A stretch of 64,000 nt of DNA from Alphaproteobacteria bacterium (GCA_045643605.1 JAZULC010000010.1:11533-75532); one strand, 5' to 3'. Numbered from the stretch's first letter, positions 9,268 to 18,700 are shown. The notes: generated by a model not told the origin, from the letters alone. Translations and numbers: made by a program.

Positions 9268-10455
9268 ATGAAAAAAATACTTGTTTTAAACTCCGGTTCT
9301 TCTTCTTTGAAATATCAACTTTTTAATGTTGATGGTGAAAAATATGATGTTATGGCTAAAGGAATTGCCGAAAGAATAGGAATGGAAAATTCTGTTATCA
9401 GTATAAAAATCGGTGATGGTGAAAAAAGCAAAAAATTAATTGATATGCCTACACATAATGAAGCTATCAAAGAAATGTTGTCTTTGCTTCTTAATGGTGT
9501 AATTCATTCTATGGATGAATTAAGCGCTATCGGACACAGAGTTGTACATGGAGGCGAAAAATTTAATCAATCAGTAGTAATCAATGATGAAGTTATTAAA
9601 ACTCTTGAAGATTTATCTGATTTAGCACCATTACACAATCCTGCTAATTTACTGGGTATTCGTGCTGTTACAAAAATTTTGCCTAACATTCCTCAAATCG
9701 GAGTTTTTGATACAGCATTCCATCAAACCATGAAAAAAGAAGCATTTTTGTATCCTTTACCTATGGAACAATATACAAAGCACCAAATAAGAAGATATGG
9801 TTTTCACGGAACATCTCATCAATATGTTGCCGGAGAAGCTGCTAAATTATTGGGATTTGAAGGAAAAATCATTACTTGTCACCTTGGTAACGGAGCTTCT
9901 ATCTCGGCTATTGATCATGGCAAATGCGTTGATACTTCTATGGGATTTACACCTTTAGCAGGAACAATTATGGGTACACGTTGCGGAGATATTGATCCAT
10001 ATATTCCTTTACATATTATGAAATCACAAAACAAAACTTTAGAAGAAGTAAATAATATGTTGAATAAAGAAAGTGGTATGCTAGGCCTTTGCGGATATTC
10101 TGATAATCGTGATGTTGAAAACAGATATTTTGAAGGCGATGAACCTTGCACAACCGCTATGTACACATACGTTCACAGTTTGCTTCGTTTTATCGGTGGT
10201 TATATTGCCGTTTTAGGTGGTGTTGATGCAATTGTCTTTACTGCAGGTGTAGGTGAAAACGGAGCAGCTTTACGCAAATTGTTAATTGAAAGATTAGCAT
10301 ATTTAGGTATTAAACTTGATGAAGAAAACAATAAATTGCGTGGTAAAACTGTAGCAATTTCTACTCCTGATTCTAAAGTAAAAGTATACGTTATTCCTAC
10401 TGATGAAGAGCTGATGATTGCAAGAGATACTATGCGTTTGGCATTTAATGCATAA
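9268..10455 (+). CDS. ackA: Acetate kinase
   Basis: ILVLNSGSSSLKYQLF, GHRVVHGG and EELMIA motifs; adjacent to pta. Confidence 0.92.
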   Translation: MKKILVLNSGSSSLKYQLFNVDGEKYDVMAKGIAERIGMENSVISIKIGDGEKSKKLIDMPTHNEAIKEMLSLLLNGVIHSMDELSAIGHRVVHGGEKFNQSVVINDEVIKTLEDLSDLAPLHNPANLLGIRAVTKILPNIPQIGVFDTAFHQTMKKEAFLYPLPMEQYTKHQIRRYGFHGTSHQYVAGEAAKLLGFEGKIITCHLGNGASISAIDHGKCVDTSMGFTPLAGTIMGTRCGDIDPYIPLHIMKSQNKTLEEVNNMLNKESGMLGLCGYSDNRDVENRYFEGDEPCTTAMYTYVHSLLRFIGGYIAVLGGVDAIVFTAGVGENGAALRKLLIERLAYLGIKLDEENNKLRGKTVAISTPDSKVKVYVIPTDEELMIARDTMRLAFNA

Positions 10456-10473
10456 ATTATATACTCTTTATGT

Positions 10474-10503
10474 AAACCGGTATTTCAAAATACCGGTTTT
10501 TTT
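10474..10503 (+). terminator. Rho-independent terminator after ackA
   Basis: aaaccggta / taccggttt stem followed by a T-run. Confidence 0.8.
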
Positions 10504-10551
10504 ATTTTCTGTTCACAAATTTGTTATATTTTCAAATAAATCATTTTCTTT

Positions 10552-10580
10552 CTTGATATATTAAAAAAATTAACCTATAT
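10552..10580 (+). promoter_or_regulatory. Candidate RpoH (sigma-32)-type promoter for dnaJ
   Basis: CTTG (10552-10555), 18-nt spacer, CCTATAT (10574-10580). Confidence 0.5.
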
Positions 10581-10611
10581 ACCTTTCATAAGAAAAAAAT
10601 AGGAATAAAAA

Positions 10612-11739
10612 ATGGAAAGTGACTATTACGAAGTACTTGGAGTTAATAAACAAGCTACTGCTGATGAAATAAAAAAATCTTATCGTAAATTGGCTATGAA
10701 GTATCATCCCGACCATAATCGTGGAGATAAAGATGCGGAACAAAAATTCAAAGAAATAAATGAAGCTTATGAGGTTTTAAGTAATGATCAAAAGCGGGCT
10801 GCTTATGATCAATACGGACATACAGCATTTCAAAATGGCGGAAACGGATTTTCCGGAGGGAACCCTTTTGAAGGTTTTGATTTTTCTGATGTATTTTCCA
10901 ATATTTTTTCTGATTTTATGGGACAAGGGACTAGACCTCAAAATCGCAAGCAACGTGGTGCCGATATACGTTATGATTTAAGCATCAGCCTAGAAGATGC
11001 CTATAATGGTATTGAAAAAGAGATTGAAGTTGAATCTACAGAAGAATGTCCTTCTTGTCATGGACATGGCACAAGAGATGGCAAAGAACCTCCAAAATGT
11101 GAATACTGCCATGGAACAGGTAAAGTCAGATCCACACAAGGTGGTTTTTTCATTTTTGAGAGCATATGCCCGAAATGTCGTGGAACCGGTTACTTAGCCA
11201 AAGATAAATGCGAACAATGCAGAGGCAAAGGAAACATCAATACAATAAAAAACTTAAAAATTAAAATACCTGCCGGAGTTGAAGATGGCTCACGTTTGAG
11301 AGTTGCAGGTGGAGGATATGCTGGAGGTAAAGGCGCTCCGAAAGGCGATTTATATGTATTTGTGGAAATAAAGAAACACAAAATTTTTGAACGTCACGGC
11401 AATGATCTTTATTTTGAATTACCTGTATCTATGGTCTGCGCAGCATTAGGCGGAAGCATTGAAATTCCAGGAATTGATGGAAAAAATGTAAAAATTGATA
11501 TTCCTGCCGGGACTCAATCAGATACATTAATTAAAACGAAAAATTGCGGAATGAATGTTATAAATTCTACAGCTCGGGGCGATTTAATTGCTATTGCAAA
11601 AGTAGAAACTCCGGTTAATCTAACTTCAAAACAAAAAGAATTATTGGAAGAATTTCGTAGTTTAAGTAAAGATAATACGTGCTATCCTAAAGAAAAAAGT
11701 TTTTGGGAAAAGCTTAAAGAAAAATTAGATAATATCTAG
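10612..11739 (+). CDS. dnaJ: Chaperone DnaJ (type I, with zinc finger)
   Basis: J domain with HPD, G/F region and four CxxCxGxG repeats. Confidence 0.93.
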   Translation: MESDYYEVLGVNKQATADEIKKSYRKLAMKYHPDHNRGDKDAEQKFKEINEAYEVLSNDQKRAAYDQYGHTAFQNGGNGFSGGNPFEGFDFSDVFSNIFSDFMGQGTRPQNRKQRGADIRYDLSISLEDAYNGIEKEIEVESTEECPSCHGHGTRDGKEPPKCEYCHGTGKVRSTQGGFFIFESICPKCRGTGYLAKDKCEQCRGKGNINTIKNLKIKIPAGVEDGSRLRVAGGGYAGGKGAPKGDLYVFVEIKKHKIFERHGNDLYFELPVSMVCAALGGSIEIPGIDGKNVKIDIPAGTQSDTLIKTKNCGMNVINSTARGDLIAIAKVETPVNLTSKQKELLEEFRSLSKDNTCYPKEKSFWEKLKEKLDNI

Positions 11740-11772
11740 CAAAAAAACGAGGATATTTCATCCTCGCTTTTT
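11740..11772. terminator. Bidirectional terminator, copy 1 of a perfect 33-bp direct repeat
   Basis: caaaaaaacgaggatatttcatcctcgcttttt; stem cgagga/tcctcg flanked by A- and T-runs; identical to 12978-13010. Confidence 0.8.
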
Positions 11773-11788
11773 AGTTAAATTATCAGTT

Positions 11789-12721
11789 CTACCATGTAAA
11801 CCTGATAGAGTACTTTTTATCCTTATAAGGTGTTGCTTCATTAGCCTCTTGTATAGTATAAGATGTTCTTTTTACTCTTGGTTCATCCGTCGTTGATGAT
11901 GAAGAATTACCGGCTAACATTTCTGCAAACTCATCTCTCGTATATGATTTTTGCCGACAACTGCTTTCATCAATACCAATATTATCTAAAGAAGTAATAG
12001 ATGTTACATTGCAACTCGTTTCAATAATATTATTTTCATCACTATAATCATAAAACCTGCCTATCATATCTTTAGTATCTGATATACTATAATTATAAGA
12101 ACCATTTTGGTCTATTACCGGATAATCCTTTTGAGGTATAACACCTGAACCTTCCATCAAAATATTTCCATCTGTATCATATACAGCAGCTGTTGTTGCA
12201 TAATTACCATCCGTTTGTAAGTTGCCTGTAGAAACATAAAATTGATTTCCATTATTAGTAAATGATATATCATACGAAACAGGTACACCATTCTCATCAA
12301 ATTTATAAACATAATCTGCACTAATATTATTATGCCAATCAATTGTAGCTATTATTGATGTTGCATTATCACCAACAAAAGATGTTGAAGTACTAACTCT
12401 ATAAGGATTTAAATCTGCAAAGTTATATGTGCTTCCTGCAGAAGTATATCCTATAGGATTATTGGAAGAATCATAAATAATTTCCCAGTCCTCATTTACT
12501 TCATATTCATTAGTATTTATGCTTACCTTTTGCGTTTTACTGCTATCTGTGTAACAAGTTGTCTTAACTTTAATACCAGACATATAATCATTAATAATAG
12601 AATCTCCCCAACCAGAACCATGTGCTTCTTGTTCGCAATATTCTGCTAGTCCTTGAGAAACAGCCATAACAGATATACAAACTCCTAAAAACATAATTTT
12701 GCCATAATTATTTACCTTCAT
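11789..12721 (-). CDS. Secreted protein with YD-like repeats and a beta-signal-like C-terminus
   Basis: Signal peptide; recurrent Y-D-x-x-(G/N)-N motifs (IIYDSSNNPIGY, VYDTDGNIL, YKFDENGVPVSYD, FYDYSDENN); ends YSIRFTW. Confidence 0.6.
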   Translation of the reverse strand: MKVNNYGKIMFLGVCISVMAVSQGLAEYCEQEAHGSGWGDSIINDYMSGIKVKTTCYTDSSKTQKVSINTNEYEVNEDWEIIYDSSNNPIGYTSAGSTYNFADLNPYRVSTSTSFVGDNATSIIATIDWHNNISADYVYKFDENGVPVSYDISFTNNGNQFYVSTGNLQTDGNYATTAAVYDTDGNILMEGSGVIPQKDYPVIDQNGSYNYSISDTKDMIGRFYDYSDENNIIETSCNVTSITSLDNIGIDESSCRQKSYTRDEFAEMLAGNSSSSTTDEPRVKRTSYTIQEANEATPYKDKKYSIRFTW

Positions 12722-12945
12722 ATTAGTTTCCTTTCTCCATTCATTAAAAAAGTCGTCTAAAAAGACGACTGGAAGTTGGTAACTAATAACATCGTTAGTG
12801 CGACATATTCGCTTAAAAAAACATATTCTGTCGCCTTCCAGCCATACAAATATGACTTTTAGGCGTACAAAAATTGCACGATTGATGTTATGAGGCTACC
12901 ACACCCCAGACAAATCTTTTCTACTTGTCTGCTTAAATTTTATTC
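12722..12945 (-). promoter_or_regulatory. Structured 5' leader with an intrinsic terminator (riboswitch-like, class not recognised)
   Basis: On the - strand: several GC-containing hairpins, alternative pairings, then agtcgtc-ttttt-agacgact plus a U-run just before the SD ggagaaagg and the ATG. Confidence 0.4.
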
Positions 12946-12977
12946 TATAAATCAGAAAATTGCAAGACAAATATAAC

Positions 12978-13010
12978 CAAAAAAACGAGGATATTTCATC
13001 CTCGCTTTTT
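12978..13010. terminator. Bidirectional terminator, copy 2 of the 33-bp direct repeat
   Basis: Identical 33-mer to 11740-11772. Confidence 0.8.
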
Positions 13011-13031
13011 TATAAACTGCATTTTAAAAAA

Positions 13032-15221
13032 CTAATTTTTATTTGTACTTAATTCTTCAATAACCATCTTCTTAAGAGTAAGGTTATCCATCTTACCGGT
13101 AGAACCTACAGGCAAACTGTCTTTGTACAAAATAATCCTTGGTAAATACAATTCTGACATTCCGTTATTTTTGATATAATTATGGAGAACATCAGAAGTA
13201 ACTTGTTTGTTATTAGTTACTAAAACAATTTGTTCACCTTTATTTTCATGAGGGATGGATACAACTCCATAATCAAATTCTCCACCCATCCATTCATAAG
13301 CATTTCTAACCATATCATCAACAGCATGCAAAGAAACCATTTCTCCGCCAACCTTAGCAAAACGTTTAATTCTGTCACGAATATATATAAAACCTATATC
13401 ATCTATTTCTACAACGTCGCCTGTATGATACCAACCATCTTCAGGAGGTGTAATAACACCAGGGTTCTCTGGTAAAATATAGCCCATCATCACATTAGGT
13501 CCTTTAACCCAAAGTTCTCCGCCCTTTTCTATTCCTTCAACAGGAACAATTTTTGCTTCCATTGCCGGAACAAGTTTTCCAATAGAACCAAAGCGGTTAA
13601 AAATATGATTATTGGCTGCAACCACAGGAGAACATTCTGTAGTACCATAAGCTTCCATAACTCTGACACCAAGTCTTTCCATCCACATCTCTCTAGTGTC
13701 TGTTTTTACAGCTTCTGCACCTGCGTACATAATACGGATATTATGGAAGTCAAACGGATGCGCAATCTTTCCATATCCTCTGTAAAATGTATCAGTACCT
13801 AACATAACTGTTGCGCCTATCTCATAAACCAATTCTGCAATTACACGATAATGCAAAGGAGAAGGATATAAAAACAGTTTACCACCTTCAAATAATGGGA
13901 ATAACGTACCAACCGTTAAACCAAAACTGTGAAACATAGGCAAAGCATTGAAAATAGTATCGGTAATATTAATTGTATCAATTGTTGCCATTTGTTTAAT
14001 GTTGGAAATTATATTAGCATGCGATAAAACAACTGCCTTTGGAGCTCCTTCGGAACCTGAAGTAAACAAGATAGCTGCCTTTTTATTTCCACCTTTTTTG
14101 TGAGGAACACGCTTAATTTTGTAGCGCAAATAAGCATTTATTTTGCTCCATAAGCCTATTTCTTTGCCTATTTTCTCTAAAAATACAACTTCTACGCCGT
14201 TATTTTTCAAAATTTCTACAACATTTTCAAATTTTCCCGTTTTAACAAAAGTAAGAGATGTAATAACTTTTTTTACTTCTGCTGTCTTACACATAGATGC
14301 AATATTTTTTGCGCCTACAGAAAAGTTTAACATTACAGGAATTCTTTCATAAGCACTTAATCCGAAAAATGTGCACACGGTCGCAATTGAATTTGGCAAC
14401 AACAAAGCCACATGCTCACCGGTAGCCGTTCTTCTCTTAAAATATTTACCTATAACAAAAGATTTTATAATTATATCTTTGTATGAATTAGGTTTACGCT
14501 GAATATCTTCAATAAAAGTAGGACGATGTAATAATCCTTTTTTAGAATTGACTTTTGCTGTTTTCATCAATTGTGCAAACAATGAAATATCCGGATTATA
14601 GCGAACTCTGAAACACATTTCTTGTAAAATTTGATATACTTCATTAGAAATATGGTCTCTTTGCCTACGCAATTCATCTTTTAACTTGAAAGGTACAGGC
14701 TTGCCGACAATTATATTAACCTTTGGTAACGGGCGGTGAGGAATCTTTCCTTTTGTTTTAGAAAAATATCCGTATTGTGGTCCCTCAATCCAAACCGGAA
14801 TAATCGGAGATTTAGATTTATCAGCAACAAGACCAGGGGCTTCATAAATTTTCATTAAGCCACCATTTTCGGTCATTCTTCCTTCTGCAAAAATCACGCA
14901 AAGTTTGTTTTTATTAACTTCTGTTATTAAATTTTTAATATCGGTAGGATCAATAGGATTAAATTCAACAACTTTAGCTGTCTTTAACAAAAAGCGAATC
15001 AGTCCGCAACGATATAAATGACCATTAAGGGCAAAAATAGGTTCTCCCGGCAAAAATGCAAACAATAACACCGGATCCAAAAAAGACACATGATTTGCTA
15101 CATAAACACCCTTCTTTGGTAATTTTTTAATATCAAACTCTATATTAAACTTAACTTTGAACAACTTAAATATTGCTCTTAAGCAGAAACGAACAAAATT
15201 TTTCAAATTCTTAAACTCCAA
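13032..15221 (-). CDS. aas: Bifunctional lysophospholipid acyltransferase / acyl-ACP synthetase (Aas-like), paralogue 1
   Basis: N-terminal PlsC motifs NHVSFLDP and FAEGR; C-terminal AMP-binding motifs TSGSEGAPKAV, YGTTE and GWYHTGD. Confidence 0.8.
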   Translation of the reverse strand: MEFKNLKNFVRFCLRAIFKLFKVKFNIEFDIKKLPKKGVYVANHVSFLDPVLLFAFLPGEPIFALNGHLYRCGLIRFLLKTAKVVEFNPIDPTDIKNLITEVNKNKLCVIFAEGRMTENGGLMKIYEAPGLVADKSKSPIIPVWIEGPQYGYFSKTKGKIPHRPLPKVNIIVGKPVPFKLKDELRRQRDHISNEVYQILQEMCFRVRYNPDISLFAQLMKTAKVNSKKGLLHRPTFIEDIQRKPNSYKDIIIKSFVIGKYFKRRTATGEHVALLLPNSIATVCTFFGLSAYERIPVMLNFSVGAKNIASMCKTAEVKKVITSLTFVKTGKFENVVEILKNNGVEVVFLEKIGKEIGLWSKINAYLRYKIKRVPHKKGGNKKAAILFTSGSEGAPKAVVLSHANIISNIKQMATIDTINITDTIFNALPMFHSFGLTVGTLFPLFEGGKLFLYPSPLHYRVIAELVYEIGATVMLGTDTFYRGYGKIAHPFDFHNIRIMYAGAEAVKTDTREMWMERLGVRVMEAYGTTECSPVVAANNHIFNRFGSIGKLVPAMEAKIVPVEGIEKGGELWVKGPNVMMGYILPENPGVITPPEDGWYHTGDVVEIDDIGFIYIRDRIKRFAKVGGEMVSLHAVDDMVRNAYEWMGGEFDYGVVSIPHENKGEQIVLVTNNKQVTSDVLHNYIKNNGMSELYLPRIILYKDSLPVGSTGKMDNLTLKKMVIEELSTNKN

Positions 15222-15475
15222 ATTAGATCATTGTTAAAAAATATGTATCTTTTTCCTTTTTTTGTAAAGCATAAAATAAATACAGTTTGTTAAATTGAAT
15301 TATCTATTTGATTTTTATGAATTTTATATGTATTTTATAGTGGATATAATAACATTATGTTTATAAATGTTACACAAAATAATATTTTTATCATTTTTTA
15401 TAAAAAATAAAAACTTAACTTGCTTTTTAGCTTATTTAGGTGCACAATAGCTTAATTTTATGTAAGGGAAAAAAT

Positions 15476-16600
15476 ATGTCGCTAAAATTTAAAATTATAA
15501 AAACAGAAGGAAAAGCAAGAAGAGGTAAATTACAAACAAAACACGGTATTGTAAACACTCCGGCGTTTATGCCTGTAGGCACTTGCGGAACAGTAAAAGC
15601 TATGATGCCTGAATCTGTTGCTGCTACCGGAGCAGAAATTTTACTTGGCAACACCTACCATCTTATGTTGCGTCCAGGCGCGGATTTAGTTGAAAAAATG
15701 GGAGGGCTGCATAAATTTATGCATTGGGATAAACCTATTCTGACTGATTCCGGAGGATTTCAGGTTATGAGCTTAAACGGGTTAAGAAAATTAACCGAAG
15801 ACGGAGTAACTTTTAGCTCGCATATCGATGGGAAAAAATATTTTTTAAGCCCTGAAGAATCTATGAAAATACAACACAAGCTTGATTCTAATATAACCAT
15901 GTGCCTTGATGAATGTACTCCTTTTCCGGCAACTTATGATCAAGCAAAAAAATCTATGGAAATGTCCATGCGTTGGGCTAAACGCAGTAAAGATGCTTTT
16001 GTTAATCGTGAAGGATACGGAATATTCGGCATACAACAGGGTAGCATTTTTCAAGACTTGCGAAAATTTTCTGCCGAGAAATTAACAGAAATCGGATTTG
16101 ATGGTTACGCTATCGGTGGTTTAGCTGTTGGTGAGGGACAAGAAAAAATGTTTGAAGTTCTAGATTACGCCCCTCAAATGTTCCCCGACAACAAACCGAG
16201 ATATTTAATGGGTGTAGGAAAACCTGATGATATAGTTGGAGCCGTATTGCGTGGTGTTGATATGTTTGACTGTGTGATGCCTACTCGCTCCGGCAGAACA
16301 GCACAAGCCTTTACAAAATTCGGTCCGATTAATATTCGTAATTCAAGACATCGCGAAGATTATCGTCCGGTAGAAGAAGGTTGTAGTTGTCCTCTTTGCA
16401 CTAATTATTCTCGCGCATATATTCATCATTTGCAAAAATGTAATGAAATTTTAGCCGTAATGCTTTTAACTTGGCACAACATAGCTTATTATGAAAGATT
16501 GATGCAAGGTTTGCGCACAGCAATAGAAAACAATAATTTAACAGAATTTGTTCGGGAATTTTACGCAAACCAACAAAAAGGCGATATTGAGGAGTTATGA
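15476..16600 (+). CDS. tgt: tRNA-guanine transglycosylase
   Basis: [21 protein letters not shown] and GGLAVGE, plus a CxCxxC...H zinc site; start chosen at MSLKF after aaggga. Confidence 0.92.
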   Translation: MSLKFKIIKTEGKARRGKLQTKHGIVNTPAFMPVGTCGTVKAMMPESVAATGAEILLGNTYHLMLRPGADLVEKMGGLHKFMHWDKPILTDSGGFQVMSLNGLRKLTEDGVTFSSHIDGKKYFLSPEESMKIQHKLDSNITMCLDECTPFPATYDQAKKSMEMSMRWAKRSKDAFVNREGYGIFGIQQGSIFQDLRKFSAEKLTEIGFDGYAIGGLAVGEGQEKMFEVLDYAPQMFPDNKPRYLMGVGKPDDIVGAVLRGVDMFDCVMPTRSGRTAQAFTKFGPINIRNSRHREDYRPVEEGCSCPLCTNYSRAYIHHLQKCNEILAVMLLTWHNIAYYERLMQGLRTAIENNNLTEFVREFYANQQKGDIEEL

Positions 16601-16601
16601 T

Positions 16602-17540
16602 ATGACAGATAATTGCACTAACACCCCTGAGTTAGCAGACTTTGTTGAAAGCAATAAAGCCGAAGGAATAAGAGTTTTCGTTGCCGGAGGATCTCGTAAC
16701 GGTAATGAGCCTATTTATGTGCAAGAAGCTTATAATTTAGGGCGACAAATTATAAAAATGGATTTTAAACTTGATTTCGGTTTATCTAATAATGGTATTA
16801 TGGGAGCAGTAGCCAAAGGCGTTTTAGACGGATGGAAAGAAAAACACAACAATATTGATAACCCTATTCAAGGTATTACAACCCAAGAATATTTTTCCTT
16901 ATATTCCAATAGCGACGAAATTTTATGTCAGTCACAAATTATTTTTGCCGGTACTTTAGAAGAAAGAAAACAAAAACTTTTAAATGCCGACTTTGTTGTA
17001 TTTGCTCCCGGAGGAGTTGGAACATTAGATGAATTGGCTTATGATTGTGTTGCCATGCAAGATGGTTTTTTACCTGTAAAACCTTTTATTTTTTATAATA
17101 TTAACGGTTTTTTTCATCATCTTGTTGAATATCTAAAAGCCATATATTCTACCGGATTTTCAAACAGAATTCCTTTTATAGTTATTGATGACAAAGAAGA
17201 ATTGGAAGTTGTTTTTCGTTTGCTTAAATTAAAATATTTTAAATGTGCAAATGCTGATGAAGCTTATACTAATGCCAGACAAGTTGCTTATGAATTGCCA
17301 TATTTTATGAAAAAACGCGAACATCAAAAAGTTTTTGTTGAAGATATTATGAAAGATATGGAAGCTATTTATAATGGCACAGATGATGTTGCAAAACAAC
17401 AATTAGAAAATGAAATTGAAACTGCATATTTAGAAAAAGAAATTGCGCGCATGTATGACAGATTAATTTATGCCGGCAAAGATACCGCTGTTGTGAGTGA
17501 CAAACTTACAAAATTAAGAACAAGAAAAAATAATTTATAA
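16602..17540 (+). CDS. LOG/TIGR00730-family protein with a ~110-aa coiled-coil-like C-terminal extension
   Basis: PGGVGTLDEL and EERK motifs; degenerate N-terminal glycine motif; the ATG lies 1 nt after the tgt stop, with a gaggag SD inside the tgt 3' end. Confidence 0.65.
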   Translation: MTDNCTNTPELADFVESNKAEGIRVFVAGGSRNGNEPIYVQEAYNLGRQIIKMDFKLDFGLSNNGIMGAVAKGVLDGWKEKHNNIDNPIQGITTQEYFSLYSNSDEILCQSQIIFAGTLEERKQKLLNADFVVFAPGGVGTLDELAYDCVAMQDGFLPVKPFIFYNINGFFHHLVEYLKAIYSTGFSNRIPFIVIDDKEELEVVFRLLKLKYFKCANADEAYTNARQVAYELPYFMKKREHQKVFVEDIMKDMEAIYNGTDDVAKQQLENEIETAYLEKEIARMYDRLIYAGKDTAVVSDKLTKLRTRKNNL

Positions 17541-17565
17541 AAAGTAGAAAAATTATAAAATTATC

Positions 17566-17594
17566 TTGAAAAAATGATAAACTATAAATATAGT
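17566..17594 (+). promoter_or_regulatory. Sigma-70-like promoter for fba
   Basis: TTGAAA-N17-TATAGT. Confidence 0.45.
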
Positions 17595-17629
17595 CATACA
17601 AGTTTTAATATTTATTTTAGGAGAAAAAT

Positions 17630-18679
17630 ATGGCTTTAGTGTCTATGCGTCAAATACTTGACCATGCTGCCGAAAACAATTATGGTGTTCCGGCTTTTAA
17701 CGTTAACGATATGGAACAAATTTTAGCTGTTATGAATGCTGCAAAAAAAGTTAATGCACCTGTAATTATTCAAACATCTACAGGAGCAAGAAAATTTGCA
17801 GGAGACCCTATGCTTCGCCATATGATTTCTGCAGCTGCAGAAATGTTTCCGGAAATTCCTCTTTGTTTACATCAAGATCACGGCTCATCAATTGATATTT
17901 GCCAATCAGCTTTAGTAAACGGTTATACTTCTGTAATGATGGACGGTTCACTAGCCACAGATGGTAAAACTCCGTCAACATTTGAATATAACGTAGATGT
18001 TACATCTAAAGTTGTTGCCAGAGCTCATGCAGTTGGAGCTTCCGTAGAAGGAGAATTAGGAGTTATAGGTTCTCTTGAAACAGGAAAAGGTGACAAAGAA
18101 GATGGTCATGGTGCAGAAGGTATAATTTCAAGAGATAAATTAGTTACAAATCCTGATGAAGCTAAAAAGTTTGTTGAAATGACAAATGTTGATGCTTTAG
18201 CTGTAGCTGTCGGTACATCTCATGGTGCATATAAATTTACACGTAAACCTGATGGTGAAATTTTGGCAATTGATGTTATTGAAAAAATCCATCAAAAATT
18301 ACCTAACACACACCTTGTTATGCATGGATCTTCTTCTGTTCCTCAAGAATTACAAGATTTAATAAATGCTTATGGCGGAACTATTCCTCAAACTTATGGT
18401 GTTCCTGTTGAAGAAATTGTTCGCGGTATCAAGTCAGGTGTTCGTAAAGTAAATGTTGATACCGATTGCCGTATGGCAATTACCGGTGCTATTCGCCGTT
18501 TATTTACGGAAGCACCTAAAGAATTTGATCCAAGAAAATACCTTAAACCTGCAATTGAAGAAATGCAAAAAGTTTGTGAAGCACGCTATATTGCCTTCGG
18601 TGCCGCAGGTTATGCAGACAAAATTAAGCCAATGTTATTATCAAATATGGCAAAAAGATATGCAGAAGGAAATATTTAG
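17630..18679 (+). CDS. fba: Class II fructose-bisphosphate aldolase
   Basis: VPAFNVN, LHQDHG and GTSHGAYKF motifs. Confidence 0.9.
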   Translation: MALVSMRQILDHAAENNYGVPAFNVNDMEQILAVMNAAKKVNAPVIIQTSTGARKFAGDPMLRHMISAAAEMFPEIPLCLHQDHGSSIDICQSALVNGYTSVMMDGSLATDGKTPSTFEYNVDVTSKVVARAHAVGASVEGELGVIGSLETGKGDKEDGHGAEGIISRDKLVTNPDEAKKFVEMTNVDALAVAVGTSHGAYKFTRKPDGEILAIDVIEKIHQKLPNTHLVMHGSSSVPQELQDLINAYGGTIPQTYGVPVEEIVRGIKSGVRKVNVDTDCRMAITGAIRRLFTEAPKEFDPRKYLKPAIEEMQKVCEARYIAFGAAGYADKIKPMLLSNMAKRYAEGNI

Positions 18680-18700
18680 TTGTTAATTAACAATTCTAAT

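Noticed and set aside
12893-12912. GGGGUGUGGUAGCC in the leader resembles the T-box sequence GGGUGGUACC
   Set aside because: It lies about 150 nt upstream of the terminator rather than forming its antiterminator. No specifier-loop/AGAGA architecture was seen, and the downstream gene is a secreted protein, not an amino-acid gene.
15440-15475. N-terminal extensions in the ORF track (tgt from 15440, gap from the GTG at 61708, LOG from 16548, lpoA-like from 52688, ParB-like from 38603)
   Set aside because: Internal ATGs preceded by SD-like sequences give canonical N-termini and remove overlaps with upstream genes.
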